64,000 bases of DNA from Octopus vulgaris (Eukaryota), in contig OX597820.1 of NCBI GenBank assembly GCA_951406725.2, positions 102,548,001 to 102,612,000 on the forward strand, given 5' to 3'. A program made the position numbers and the translations under genes. Of this stretch, positions 39,681 through 54,101 are shown piece after piece (the first letter of the stretch is position 1; each line of letters begins with the position of its first letter). Under the pieces are notes generated by a model that saw only the letters and a list, made by a program, of their open reading frames with translations, was not told where the DNA came from and did no database searches.

Positions 39681-40718
39681 TACTTTGGGTATCGTACAAT
39701 ACGGCATGGCCACGCTTTGTTGTCTTTTGAAATTAATCTTAACTTATTCTAAAACTAGTAACGTACCTATTCTTAATATTAAACTAAATTCCGAGAAAGA
39801 ATCATATCATACCATGTTTAGTATTCAATAATAAATAACCTGCAGAGTTTTCATATTAATCTGCTATCTAAATTCTATCACAATCACTACTAGTTACTTT
39901 TCAAAATATCGTGATTTCTTTGGTTTCAAAGAACACTTCTAATAACAACAATATAAAATATTACTCGCAAATCCAGAGAAATATACATTACCTGAGCGTT
40001 TTCTGGTAGAAGACGTCTAAGAACATCGATTTACCAACCACCGTTATGCTTAAATATGAGAAGTTTTCTGGAGACTAATACTAGATTTTTGTGGTTTTCG
40101 ATAGTATATCCACGTTAAGTAGGGTATACATAATGCTATTTTCTACTATTTCTACGTTTGTCGCTAAATAATTTTTGCCAGTCCGTCTGGTATTTGCAAT
40201 ACTAGTGATTTGAGTATTACTATTTTTCTGTGTCACTAAAAGGGATATGTATCTAAATATTGTTGGTGGAGGTTACCAGCTACTGATGATGTGCACAGGC
40301 ACAAATAATCATAATTCAGCTAATTCCACCATCACTGCTGGATAGTTTTCGACTTCTACAGATATACGTCTGTGTTTTTAAAATTATATAAGACATTTTT
40401 TATTTATTTCTGATCTTATTTTCATTCTGATAAAATATTGAAATTATCTCTCCTCCTACTCTACAGTAAATTCCTTCCTCTTAAATTATCCATCTAGTTA
40501 TCTTGTAAATTGTAAGTATTGGCTTATTTTATTTCTTTTTCATGCAGTAAAATTAGGTAGTTTATACAATCTCATTTCTATTTACCATAATCTCTCTCAC
40601 TATGTTTTAATAATTGTTTGCATAATTTATCATGTTTTTCACAATATACACACAAAACAAAAGTCAAGAAAAACCGCTATCTATCTATGTATGTATGTAT
40701 CTATCTATCTATAGATTG

Positions 40719-40784
<66 letters not shown>

Positions 40785-40785
<1 letters not shown>

Positions 40786-41000
40786 ATTTACGTGTTTCAG
40801 TCATTAGACTGCGGCCATACTGGGGCACTACCTTGGAGAACTTTCAGTTGAATGAACCGAGGCCAGTACTTGCCAATTTTTAAAGCCTGGTACTTATTCT
40901 ATCAGTCTGTTTCGGCGATCAGCTAAGTTATAGGGACGTAAACACGCCAACAAAAGTTGTAAAGTGGCTGCGGGGAGACACACACAGACGCAGAAACACA
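40785..41000 (-). mobile_element. SINE family A 3' half following (CTAT)n
   Basis: gtttcagtcattagactgcggcca..gtacttattctatc..gggacgtaaacac. Confidence 0.85.
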
Positions 41001-41016
41001 CAATCGTTTATATATA

Positions 41017-42190
41017 CAGGATGCGGACGGTATTTGGGGACACATGCAGTTTTAGTCATTATTTTAGTTGACTAATTTTTTTTATTGAACTTTTGTTTCA
41101 GAAAATAACAATGACAGGACTTATGCTTACTAATGAAGTGAAAATGCATGCTGCGATTGTGGCTTTGAAGGCTAAAGATGATGATTTAGAAATTTCTCGT
41201 TTTCTGAAAGATGTAAGATCTTTTCTCGAGAAAATTCGGTGTGAGTTAGAAAAAGAAGATGGAAGCGTGTTACCTGTATCAAAACAAAAATAAAACAAAA
41301 ACATCCCAAATGCTCAGATTCTACCAAGACACCTGAATATATTCAGGAAGTTAAGCAAAACATTGAAGAAAATCCAGGAAAATAAATGAGGTCAATTGTG
41401 AAACAGTTTCGTGTGTCGGAAGAAACAATCAGAAATTTTGTGCATGAAGACATCAGATACAAATCTTATGCGATGAAGAGAGGTCAATTCATGTCAGAAA
41501 AAACAAAAGGAAACCGTTTAATCAGATTCCAAAGACTTTTGAAGAAACTTAAAAATCCATCAGAAGATGGTGTGATTTGGTTTTTCTCAGCTGAGAAAAA
41601 CTTTGACCAGATCAGAAAACTAACAGAAGAAATAACAGGTGGCTATGTGAGGACCCTTCTGAGGTTCTAAGAGTAATGCACACAAAATTTCCTGCAAGTG
41701 TTATGGCTTCTCAATTTTTTCCACAAGGCCTTAGGGTGAATGCTGCTGCGTATATTGAGGCTCTGGATAAAGTTGTTAAGCCTTGAATCAACAGTGTATG
41801 CAATGGAAGACTTTATGTCTTTCAACAAGATTCTGCACCATCACACAAGGCTCATATAACACAAGAATGGATGGCCGTCAATTGGGATGATCACATCACC
41901 TCTAATATTTGGCCTCCTAATTCTCCAGATCGCTGCTGGACTACTATGTAATGAGCATCATTGAGAAAAATATCAATGAACACCCCCGTAGCACCAAAGA
42001 TTCTTTGAAAGCTGCGACAGTCCGATATGAACAAGAACCACTTAAACTGTGCTTGTAAACGATTTCGACCCCGCACAGTCAGTTATTAATGGTTTTATTA
42101 CATGGAATTATTAAATTCATAATTTAGCTTTATGTTTATTTATTTTCATAAAAATAGAGTTTTCTGTTATTATATGAGCATTTTTTAAAA
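41017..42190 (+). mobile_element. Tc1/mariner (DD37D/maT-like) element with transposase pseudogene
   Basis: TA|CAGG start; WFFSAEKNF, VFQQDSAPSH, WPPNSPD..LDYYV motifs with frameshifts; right TIR not found. Confidence 0.88.
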
Positions 42191-42194
42191 ACCA

Positions 42195-42270
<76 letters not shown>

Positions 42271-42396
42271 AATACGCTCGCACACATATATTCATATATA
42301 TGATCAACATATATATTAATTTATTCAATTTAAAATTATCCTTATTTCCATCATTTATATCCTCTTCCAACGATTCGTAAGATGAAACGAGAGATG

Positions 42397-42441
42397 TTTT
42401 ATGAATAACTTCACTCCAGCTAAGGTACATACACACACAAA

Positions 42442-42491
<50 letters not shown>

Positions 42492-42735
42492 CATATGCAT
42501 ACATACATACATATATATGCATATATATATATATCCATGCATATATATGTATATATGCATGTATGCATATATACACATATATGTATATACATATACACAT
42601 GAAACATAAACATATATGTATATATACATGCATACATATATAAATATATATGGATATGTATATACACATGAACATAAACACGCACATGTATACACACGCA
42701 CACACACATTAGCTGGAGTTAAATGATTCATAAAA
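42397..42735. repeat. 27-bp inverted repeats enclosing a ~285-bp CA/TA microsatellite block
   Basis: ttttatgaataacttcactccagctaa (42397-42423) / ttagctggagttaaatgattcataaaa (42709-42735). Confidence 0.85.
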
Positions 42736-43254
42736 GACGATGAACTTAGAGCTGCATACAGTTGTATGACATTTATATGTTTACATGCAAATAGATATAT
42801 TCATACAGCCATGTCTATGTATCTATAGAATCATAATCCCTCAGAACAGGAAGGAAATGATTTGATATGAATATTGCATGAAATTCAGAATGACCGACAA
42901 AGCTAAAGATTTTACGATCAAAGTTAATAACTCTAAATTGTCAACCAGCCATAGTAACTGCCAAGTTTACTGCAGGTGAACATTTCATTATAATGTTTCA
43001 CACTAAATACACAAGTAATGACACATCACTTACTCAAGTATATTTTTACAAATGCAAGCTCATGTCCCGCAAATTTTCTGTTGTATATTTTTATATCAAT
43101 CCAGAATCTTATTTTATAATTCTAACATTATTCTATAAGTTTTACGTCATTTGATTTGTTAGAGTGTTGCATAGGAATCAGTAATGTCAGACTGACAATA
43201 TTTATTGTATGTTAGATAGACATCAACATAAGTTTATTTAATATTGCTTTATAC

Positions 43255-43575
43255 TATAGTCACAAGGCCTGAAATTTTGAGGGAATCAGCTGGTCAATTG
43301 CATGGACTCCGGTGTGCAAGTGGTACTTCTTTTATCAACCCCGAAAGGATGAAAGGCAAAGCCGACCTCAGCAGGAGTTCACTTAATAATAACATATCAA
43401 AAGACGGCGAGTTAGCAGAATCGTTATTACATCCGGCAAAATGGCTAGTGACATTTTGTCCGTCTTTACGTCCTGTGTTCAAATTTCACCGAGAATGACT
43501 TTGTCTTTCATCTTGTCGGGGTCGATAAAAGAAGTACCGAACTTGCGCGCCTTGTGCCAAAATTTGAAATCAATG
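43255..43575. mobile_element. Inverted SINE B pair (- 43255-43382, + 43402-43575)
   Basis: ccccgaaaggatgaaaggcaaag on - and gacggcgagttagcagaatcg..cggggtcgataaa on +. Confidence 0.8.
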
Positions 43576-46500
43576 TTAACATATTATTGAAGTCAGAATG
43601 AAAGAAAGAAAACCAAATCATTGAAATTTTCCATTTTTGTACGCTCACAAGTGGACATTCCATAGTGCTTAACGATTTTCTTTACAACATCGGCAAATAT
43701 TACCCTTCGCCGAAGAATCTTTTAATATAACCCAAAACCAGTCTACAATTTTCTCTTATTATTCACCAAAAAAATCAATCAATGTCTAATGATTTTTTTA
43801 ACCTCATAGCATAATTTTTCTCGTATTTTTTATGCTCCTTTCATTAAATATGCTAACACTGACTTAATTATATCAATATAAATTTTCTATCAGTATGATG
43901 GTGCTGCTGTAACCGAAAAGTGACAGCTTGACTAAATACTATGTATCATTTCGTTTAGTTTCACTGTGATTTGATATTCCTTGTCGGAGTTGATTTTAAT
44001 TTTCATTTCTCTTACAATAAAATTACAAAGGCAGTATTGATGTTGGCGAATAGTAAGTCTAAAAGAACTCGTGGAGACGGAGCTCTGTTGAGGGAAATGT
44101 AATGAATATTTTATTTTCCTAAATCACTAGTATTCAATTTATATTACTGACCTGGTTCAAGGCCTAAACGATTTTGTCATATAAATGTTAAGAGACTTCT
44201 TGGGCAGAAGGTTTAAAATGTGAATGGGTTCGAATTTGGTAGGGGTTCTTCAAATGGATTATACCATGATCTTAATGTAATTGTTATTTGTACTTGAGTA
44301 AATAACAGAATAAAATTTTGCTTTGATCCTCTACAATCTCAGTTTAAATTCAATCAATATCAACTTCAAATATTATTCCGCTACATTGGTTAAAATATGT
44401 CCCAGTACTACCCGACACACTTTTACAGCATGTCATTACTAATAACACTTTTATACGAATAAGAGAAATATAATGAGATTATATTGTAATTCAGAGAAAA
44501 ATTACTTTCGGAAGACGATAACGAATAAGGAATTGAATTACGATTTCATGGCTAATGATTTATGATTCTCAGTCAGCAATTCGGTATGTCTATAAATAGG
44601 GTAATTTAATTCTACATTCTTGTGATTTTCTTAATTTATTGGAAATTGACACCAGATTATATGATTATGTTACTTGCGTTAGAATAATAAACTTTTCCTA
44701 GAAATTATTTATATTAACCTCTCAGAATTTCAAAGCAAGATAAGATTTTAAACGACGAATGCCTATTGAAATGTATTGTAGTTCTTTAAGAAACCGCTAT
44801 AATGGTTTGCAATTTAATTTTCTTGCGTGTAGTGTGTTATAACGTAATAAAACTTTAGAAGTGATCTGATAGCGTTTCTAATTTTCCGTTCAATGCTAAA
44901 ATTGCTGGAGTTTATTCTTTCTTAATATGAGCCTTTTTGCTTCGCCCAAAATAATTTACTTGTTTGTTTGACACGACAAATGGAGAGTCTTATCGAATAT
45001 TACACTGATTAATATTTCATAAAATATAAAATACATTAATTTAGTAAAGTTTATAGGTAACCTCTTGTTTCATGGCAATACAATTTTACCCTGACGATTT
45101 GGGCATTGATTTTTGAAAAGAACATCCACTCTATCATAAATACAACGTACATGTCAAAGGTTTAAACCTTTAATGCCGACAACATAAAAGCAATTTCTTA
45201 CGACTCTCTTGTGAGACATTTTTTATAATTCAGTACGTAAATAACCTAAGTCTTTATAACTAGAGATCCGATCTTTTTTAATAAATGACTCAATATGGCT
45301 GTGTTACACGTCAATGTTCTTTATTCAAGGCGTATAAAATAATAACAAGGTTATATGTGCGCAGTGTGTACACAAGCGTAAGAAAATTTCAAATAACGCA
45401 ATATTGCAATCATTCAATAGGGATTTCATACCTTTATTGAATAGTTTTCAAAGATCAATACTTACAACGCTAAAAAGACAAAAAATAAATCTATTTATAT
45501 TTTTTGTGATATTTTGTCTTTGAAAAGAGCTGACTTCGCATAGTGTAACTTGAAAGAATAAAGGAATCGTTTATAAATGTTTTTGTATTTGTATCTCCTA
45601 ATATTAGAAGCGCATAAGACATTCATATTGATTTAGCTTTAAGAGAATATGAATTCCATCATGGTAACCTGCCCTAGTTACAACATTCACTTCTGCATTA
45701 GCAAGTAAAATATTCACTTCTGTATTAGCAAGTCAAACGTTTCCGCTCCTCACTAACACATTCAAACTAAAAAGAGAAAAACTACACTCGTATTTAGGAG
45801 TACAAGAATCCATGTGTGTTCACGCGTGCGTATGTGTAATTATTGTGGACCATTTGTGCTTAATTCTTCTCTTATGAATATGTCTTTGTACGTGATTCGC
45901 AAATGTGGGAAAAGAATAATGTTTGAAAATATTTGAAAGATTTGTTGCTGGGAAATCGATTCTGATGGTTTTTGTGTTTTTTTTTTGTTTTAGATCAAAT
46001 ACTATTATTCATTATTCACTATCATCGGTGAATAAATAAAAATGCCTCGTTTTATTATATTCTAAAAAGAATTAGGATTTCTTCGGTTCTTCAACTTTAT
46101 GTTAATTCAATGCACAAAAAGAAAAGTTAAGCCCACCATCTAAAATCCTTAATGCTCTGCCATGCAAACCGAAGAAAAAAATTAGCGTTTTAAACACAGT
46201 AAATTAAATGTAAAGTATGTACGTAATTATGCACGAGTCTATGTATTTGTATCTATGTCGATATATGTATTGCATTAAGTAGTTGTTTGTGTCCGTGGTA
46301 AGCTGTAATTTGTTCCGTGTAACCAACTTGAGTAATAACCGAGAAGCCCCACATTCTCGGACAAAAGGATTAAAGATACCGAAATGGATGGGAAAATTTT
46401 TATGGTATCCACCTTATGAAGGAATTTCGAAAACACCTAATAACACTATAGAGTTTTGGGAAACATTTAAAGGTAGCCTTAAGCATCAATCAACGTAAAT

Positions 46501-46672
46501 ATTGAACAGTGGTTGTACGGAAATTGACCACATTTTGGAAAGTAAGGTATAAATCGTATAACGATTTCACCATAAATATATAAATGCCGAAAAGCCATTA
46601 TTTAAACAATTAAATATATTGGAAGAGGAACGGAAAAGGGAGAGAAATGTATATATATATATATATATATAT

Positions 46673-46885
46673 GAAATCTGCTCCGGCATCTCGTCAGTTA
46701 TTAAGACAAACACAAACGCATTTTTGTTTGTATTGATAAGTGACGAGATGCCGGAGCAGATTTCCGCGCCGACATCCGAAACTCAGAGTTTTATTATGAC
46801 AACCGAATAATTGTCACATATTATATTACAGATAAATTCCCCTATTTACATATCATCGAGGTCTTTTTCATTCTTTGTTGTCATA
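46673..46885 (+). mobile_element. Penelope-like pLTR with hammerhead motif and 5' fold-back
   Basis: Homolog of 17530-17695; HHR gataa-gTGACGA..GAAACTCAGAGTT-ttatt (46735-46795); 46673-46712 is an inverted copy of 46725-46764. Confidence 0.75.
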
Positions 46886-46889
46886 CTAT

Positions 46890-47025
46890 TAAGCAAGGCA
46901 CTTTATTTCACTTTGTTCCAGTCCACTCAGGTGGCAAAAATGAGTAGCACCTGTATTTCAAAGGGCCAGCCTTGTGACACTCTGTCAAGCTGAATCTCCC
47001 TGAGAACTACATTAACGGTACACGC
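46890..47025 (+). mobile_element. SINE family C-related fragment
   Basis: agcaaggcactttatttcac..ccagtccactcag..gcaaaaatgagta. Confidence 0.75.
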
Positions 47026-47344
47026 TGTGTAATCACAGATACAACGTAATTTTTCGCTTCTTATATTTCAATTTTTATGTATAGGAGACTATAAGTGAAC
47101 GGATGCAAATATACCTATGTATGGGCATTCTTATACACATAAGCGTGCACGCACAGATATCTATAATACACACATGCACACACATACATATATATATATA
47201 ATTGATAAAATAAACGATGAAAAGACAACAATGCGAGGACTATATATATATATATATAATATGTTATATTATATTGCATTTTATATTATATCATATATGT
47301 ATTCATGTGAATATATACAAATATATATAAGACAGCTAAAAACA

Positions 47345-47501
47345 ACCACGTGGATTCTGTTGACACCAGTAAGAAACAATTATGAACTTTTTATTACACT
47401 CAACTTTAAATTTAGAGCTATTATGCTTACTCCTTACAAAACACCACCACGTGGATTCTGTTGACACCAGTAAGAAACAATTATGAACTTTTTTATTACA
47501 C
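47345..47501. repeat. Perfect 56-bp direct duplication (47345-47400, 47446-47501)
   Basis: accacgtggattctgttgacaccagtaagaaacaattatgaactttttattacact occurs twice, 101 bp apart. Confidence 0.95.
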
Positions 47502-47622
47502 TTAACTTTTTTCAAGAAGAACCGAAACACGTAACATTTCTAAGAAAATTAAAATTTATCTTATATAGTGGCGTTTTCAAACTTCTTTTTTATAAATATA
47601 TACCCACTCGTATACGAACTAC

Positions 47623-47694
<72 letters not shown>

Positions 47695-47707
47695 TATATG
47701 CATAAAA

Positions 47708-47812
47708 AAGGATCATTCCGTCGGTTAAGACGACGATGGTCCCAGCTGATACGATCAAGGCTTGCTTGTGAAATTAATGTGCAAGTGGCTGAGCACTCCA
47801 CAGATACGTTTA
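47708..47812 (-). mobile_element. SINE family C-related 3' fragment
   Basis: gaaattaatgtgcaagtggctgagcactccacagatacg is the reverse complement of the tail at ~18615-18655. Confidence 0.65.
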
Positions 47813-48383
47813 ATAACAAAAATTTTACTTGTGGTGGGAAGAAGACACATTTTCACAATGGCAGCAGTAACTTAACAATAATGAAAAATAGAATTTTAAG
47901 AATATAAGAGGGACTGAGTTTGATCTTACATTACAGTGATAACTTAGGACATGTTCTGGTATTATTATATCTCAGCGAAAGACGAGTTGATAAAAAGACG
48001 ATTTGATAAATGCCTGCAGCAAAATTTGTCAGTACTTTCGATTAGGAAAGTTTTATGCAGCAAAAATATATATAATTTATACACTTTTTAAAACGCTTCC
48101 ATTGTAATTTAATGCGACGCATCCCCCAAACAGTATCCGGTGTATCAACGCATCGGTTAACTAAACCAAAATCCAAGTTATATTATTTTATAAATACAAT
48201 CCCGACACTTCTTTGCTCGGTTCAAAGTCTCTTTCTCTTAACAAGCAAATGCTAACGAGCTATCTTTGATATTATACATGCATACTCAGAAAATTTATAC
48301 ATATATGTATACACACACACACGCACACACACACACATATATATATATATGTGTATATATGTACACACATACATTATATATGT

Positions 48384-48420
<37 letters not shown>

Positions 48421-48426
48421 TCTATG

Positions 48427-48460
<34 letters not shown>

Positions 48461-48574
48461 CATTTATATTTATATATATATGCCTTATTCACCTGAATCT
48501 TAATATATTATGTATATATATATATATGTATGCATGTGTGTGTATATATGTGTATATGTGGATTTATACGTGTA

Positions 48575-48614
<40 letters not shown>

Positions 48615-50674
48615 ATATATATATATATATATAATATCTGATCGAGTCACACAGAGCAGCCCTGAAAAAGATATAGTCCTGTACAGTCATATTCAACACT
48701 TTCGTGAGCACCCAGTTGTAGACTTTCTTTTTGATGCAGAAACATTTCCTGGAGAAAATAAGTTACGCAGAAACACATTAGGTTTTCAATTACGTCATCG
48801 GATCGACAGACATGTGTTTCCGCGTCGTATTGCATCGTCATTTATGACTCGCCAAAATATTTTTCACAGCCTTATAATAACGATAGTTTTGAGACACACA
48901 TACACACATAATTAGATAAAAATAGTTATGACTTGCCTATGGAGTTACTTAGGTTTTCATGTCCACAAAGCGCTTAGCTGTACATCATCTCTTGAAACCC
49001 TAATGGCCGGTGGCTTATAACCTCCCTTCAAAGTGGAGGAATAAAGATCTCGTGGCTAAATCACGAGGACAACGAAAAGGGTTAAGTGCAATGTAAGAAC
49101 AGCAAATTCCAAGTAGCATATCCACAACTGAAGAAATGCCCGGGTACATTTAGAATGCAGAGTGAATTACATTTAGATTTATGCACTGCAGACATATTTT
49201 TCTGTTCATCAGAAATGAGCTCTCTTCATTTAATAACGTACTTCATACATACGATAAAAGAAGTAAGCAAAAGGAATATAAAAACAAAATTATATTGTTT
49301 AGTAGAAAATGGTGTGACAATGACAAGGCAATCTTTTTGTGGGAGTAATGTAGGAAGAAATAACCGAAGAGGAAGAATTATTAAAATCTTTACCTCTCTC
49401 TGAAGAGAAGAAAGTAATGAGCGGACAGAAGACACAAAAGGAAGAAAGAATGCTTAATTTAGATGGTTAAATTGTTTACAAAATTCAGTGAATAGGAATA
49501 TACATTGTTTAAATAAACAAATAAATTTGATCACTAATTAACTGAGACAAATATGGTATTGTTATTTCAGCAAATTAATCTATACTAAATAGTGATCATT
49601 AGTCACAATTTGCGATTACATCGGAAATATAAATACAACTAAACAAATGCCTGAGCTCAAATAAAAGTAGAGAAACGTATGTATTAATCCCTTAAAGAAT
49701 ACATACTCTCAACATATGAATATATAATTAGAAAATTGCTAAGTAAATTGGGGTCCGAATCAAATAAGCTTAACAATACTAGGTTAATTAGTTTTAAATA
49801 ATAATGCTCAAAAATGTAGCTGTAATATTTATCTCGCAGAAGTCAAATCGACGGTGGGCGAATGCAAAAATAAATGGGATAAGTAGCTATAAACAGACAC
49901 TTTCGCTCGAGAGATGTATATATATAATTAGGATAATTGAAGACTACAAGAAAAAGATGCGGTTGAAAAATAAGGATAAAATAAATCATTAGTTATACTT
50001 CGGATCTATAATTATGACTAATATAAAATCAAATGTGCACAAATCTAAAATCGAAATCATTCCTATTTAATAGCAAAAGCTAAAATAAATAATTAAAACA
50101 AAGACAATTATCTTAATGGATTAAGACATGATTAACAATAAATTAATAATAAAGGCAAACAATAATTTAATTTGTCTTTATTAATGCTTAACAAAACCTA
50201 GTGTGCTATATGGTCACACATATATTACACACACATATCCGTCTAGATTATTTTCCGTCGAAATTGTCAGAAAGCCGAATTATTTTTAATTACCTATAAT
50301 TATTCGTTGACACCTTTTGTGACTTATTCTTCAATTAATATGTTGAGTTCATGCGAGTCATATTACCACACTCTGAAAAACACTCAGGGCCAAACATATC
50401 CACATTTTGTGCGATTGTTTTCTCTCTAAGTGTGAGTGTTTATATGTATTCATTTACTTACGTACGTGTTTCTGAACGACGATTTTCGTGATAATAGTAA
50501 TCTGTCGAGGTCCGAGAAAGACGGTTCTGCAAATTTTTGCTAAACAGCCTGTAAGACTGATTTTATTTTTTGTGATCAAACGATTGTGCCATACATTAAC
50601 TAATTCCTAACATCAAATCGGTATTCCTTATACAGGTGCAAGGTTTACTGCACGTTAGGCGTAGGAGCGGTTAC

Positions 50675-50780
50675 AGAGTAACGTGAGATAAAACGTTTTG
50701 CTCAAGCACAAAACGCACCTCCCGGTCCAGGAATTGAAGCCACAATCTCACGAGCAACATTCTAACCACTACGCCGTGCA
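50675..50780 (-). mobile_element. SINE family C head
   Basis: ttgctcaagcacaaaacgca..ccggtccaggaattgaa..ctaaccactacgccgtgc. Confidence 0.7.
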
Positions 50781-50809
50781 AACTCGAGTATGAATGTGTA
50801 TATACATAT

Positions 50810-51125
50810 GCAGAGTACCATCAACGTTACGTAAAAATCAAAATAATACTACCATCTCATTTTAAGATATATTTACCAAAATTACGTAAAATATCTTGAA
50901 ATACTAATGAGTAAATTTATTCAATATAATCGCCATTGGCTTCAATCACAGCCTTCAGACAACTTCGGAATCTTCTACAACTCTTCTGGATACTCTTCTT
51001 GTTTAAGTTGGTGAATGCTAGCATAATCCTTGCCTTCAGTTCATTGTTGGTGTTACAAGGAGTTTCGTTGGGCTCCCGCTCAACTGCGTCCCACACATAA
51101 TAATCAAGCGGTTTGCAGTCTGGCA
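50810..51125 (-). pseudogene. maT/DD37D-like transposase 3' fragment
   Basis: PDCKPLDYYVWDAVER..CRRFRSCLKAVIEANGDYIE. Confidence 0.85.
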
Positions 51126-51137
51126 AACAGTGCCAGG

Positions 51138-51183
51138 TCTTCTGACGAAGCTTCGGCCTAAAGCCGAAACTGTACAGCTAAGA
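51138..51183 (+). ncRNA. Minimal hammerhead ribozyme motif (Penelope type), probably inactivated
   Basis: tctt-CTGACGA-agctt(cggccta)aagcc-GAAA-ctgtacag-ct-aaga; palindromic stem III; triplet reads GCU instead of GUH. Confidence 0.65.
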
Positions 51184-52569
51184 GATATCACAGTCACTAG
51201 TTTCCGGTCATCTACAGTCGTTGCCGGCATGTATGTATACAATTATATGTGCGTTGACAGCAGCAACAGAGGCATTTAGCTCTTATTTCTGGCATTACAG
51301 GTGTTCTAACACCCTCAGTCGTATTTAATGACGTTTATCGTTTTCCTTCTCGGTAAAACTCTGCTAATTAGATGCCTTGTTATATTAAAGACACACACAC
51401 ACACACACGCACGCACACACACAAAATTTTTAACTCTTTGTGGGCTCTAGAACTCAAAATGTCTGGTTTATCCAGTATCCGTGTTGCATAAGTGACCGAG
51501 GTCGCAAGCAGGTGAGGATCTAATATTAAGCGACAAAGGACAGGTTTACAGTTGGCTATCACACTAAGTGCCGACAAGGGGTTTTGGATGCTGGAAAAGA
51601 AACACACAAGACCAGTAGACCTCCACATCCTCAAGTCAAGAGAGAGCACGTGTGCAACGATTTTGCATACGCGGCATTAATTTTGGCGGGAAAATTAAAG
51701 TGGGCTACTTTTTGCACGCAACTCATTGGTAAATACATGCAGAAATACATACACTGAAAGACTCGGTAAAACGCAGGACAAAATGCTTTTCCATATTTAG
51801 TTACAGTTCTTTACACTCCATGATCAAATCATAGCAAGGTTAACTTAGTTTTTCATCCTCTGAGGTCGAAAAATAAGGTATCAGTGAAGTACTGGTATCT
51901 TCATTAAAAGTTTCTAGTCCGGCACTTAAACTAGAAACTGTTTTATTATTACTATTAGAAGATGAATCTTATTAAATCGTAACTAACAAAATCACAAGCT
52001 CATTATAACAATTTTAAAAAGCGTCACTATATATAAGCGGAATTATTCGTAAATACGTGGAAATCCAAGGAGTTAACAGTACACTGAAAGTGTCTCATAC
52101 ACAGATATATCCAATTGTTATGAGCAAAAAATGGTATGTCTTAATTTTTTCGCTTGTAAAATTAGTAGTGAGGTTTTCGTGCCCTCAGAATCATGAAAAT
52201 ATATTAAGATTATCATTCGGAATACACGAAAACATCATATAGATAGATGAGCACCTCACGTGTTCTATGGGTGGAAAATGATTAAAAAAATATAAACTGC
52301 ATTATGTTTCCTTTGATAACCAACAAAATCTCGATCTACACTTACCTATTAATATTTTGAAGAGTTTTCAAATATCTCTGCTTATATATTTCCGAAATGC
52401 ATCCAGAGTTATTTATTGAGTGATCAGGAAGGTGAAACAGTAACTATTCAAGAAGCGTCCGCTTCTCCCAAAGCATACAAACTCTATTTTTGTTTTGAGT
52501 GCTTTCTCTTGTCTTTCCACAAACGTGCACTATACTTACATACATGCATACGTACATACATACACATAT

Positions 52570-53767
52570 ATATTTTGTGTCATACAAAAAATAATGTGAT
52601 TTTTTTATACTTCTTATGTTTCAAAATTAAGATAAACTAAGTTCTTTTTTAACCTGAAATATACTTTCCTTTATTTTTTACAATACTCTTCCATCAATCT
52701 TGTAGACTTGCTAGGCGCCCCTTCCAAAATTCTGACCTCATCAACGGAATTCATATTTTTTCCAACCAAATGATTTTGAAGACTGCGGAATAAGTGATAA
52801 TCAGATGGGGCAATGTCTGGCGAATATTTTGGGTGGGGCATAGTTTCCTATTCAAACTACTCCAGCTTCTGGAATTTTATTTTCGCTATATATGGCCGAG
52901 CATTATCCTGATGGAAGAATACCTCTCGTCTTGAAAACATAGATGGTCGTTTTTCTTCTAGCGCTGACTTAAACCTCTCAAGCCGTTCGCGGTAGATCTC
53001 CTTTGTTGTCGTAAGGCTTGGGTATAAAAGTTCAAAGTGGACTAAACTTTTCATATCTCACCAAACAGATAACAACATCTTAAGTGGGTGAAGACCTTCT
53101 TTAGCCTGGGGTGCCGGTGTTTCTCCGTTCCTTACCAACTATATTCGGCGCTTAACATTTTTAGGGAGACCCCATTTTTCGGTCCAAAAACGGTTCATTC
53201 GTGAGACGTAACAGCAAAGAAGAGCACACATGCACTTTCAGCGCGAGATTAGACACGGAAAGTTTGTGCGGAACACATTGACCCAATCTGCTGATTTTGT
53301 GATAGTACAGGTGTCGATGAATGGTTGAATGACCAAATCCAAGCTTCTCTGCTGGTTCCTGAACAGTTACGATGGAATTTTGTTCCACCGCGATTTGCAG
53401 GACGTCCTCGTCGAGCTCTACAGATCTTCCACAACGAGGCCCGTCTTCTAGGCATTAGTTTCCGGTTAAGAATTTCTGTAACCACCGTTGACACTGGTTG
53501 ACGCTTATTGTCCGATCCCAATATACTGCATTAATATTCCTCCCACTTTCCTTTGCGTTGTTGCCTGTATTGAACTTATACAGCAAAATATGCTGATTAC
53601 GTACCCTTGCCCCTTCCATAATGTTTGAAAAAATAAATGTTAAAATCGAACTGCACTCCTCAAAACCTGCAGTAAGAACAAGTACAAGTTGATGCAGGTA
53701 GTTTATCCTGTACCCCTCCTTCTTTCAGTTTATGCAGTTGAAAATACCGCATCATTTATGGGATTAA

Positions 53768-53772
<5 letters not shown>
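52570..53772 (-). mobile_element. mariner (DD34D) element, near full length, transposase pseudogene
   Basis: QCQRWLQKF..LEDGPRCGR, CVPHKLS, FFHQDNARPY, YSPDIAPSDYHLFRSL; degenerate TIRs at both ends abutting TA runs. Confidence 0.9.
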
Positions 53773-53831
<59 letters not shown>

Positions 53832-53843
53832 TATATAAAAGGT

Positions 53844-54101
53844 GGAGGTGGAAATAGCACAGAAGTAAGTGTAAGACATTTCAATTTAAGAGGGAATTTA
53901 ATAAAAATTATTTTAAAATTATATAAAGAAAATATGACCGTTTTCAATTGATCTAGACTTATCAAATATCAGTAAAAGCTTATAAAAATTTGAAGTGAAA
54001 AGGTTTATCTTCTGTCTTGGGGTTAAGAACATAAAGACGCATGCAAATCAAATTTATATATTTAAGAGATGGGGATGGAAATGGCACAGAGGTAAGTCTA
54101 A

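Noticed and set aside
40261-40335. Loose hairpin with CTGATGA-tgtgc..gcaca, and nearby tgagtattac (miR-12-like seed)
   Set aside because: No GAAA after the stem, irregular pairing, and the match stops at the seed
48635-48915. ~90 open codons after a microsatellite
   Set aside because: No start context, splice support or recognisable domain
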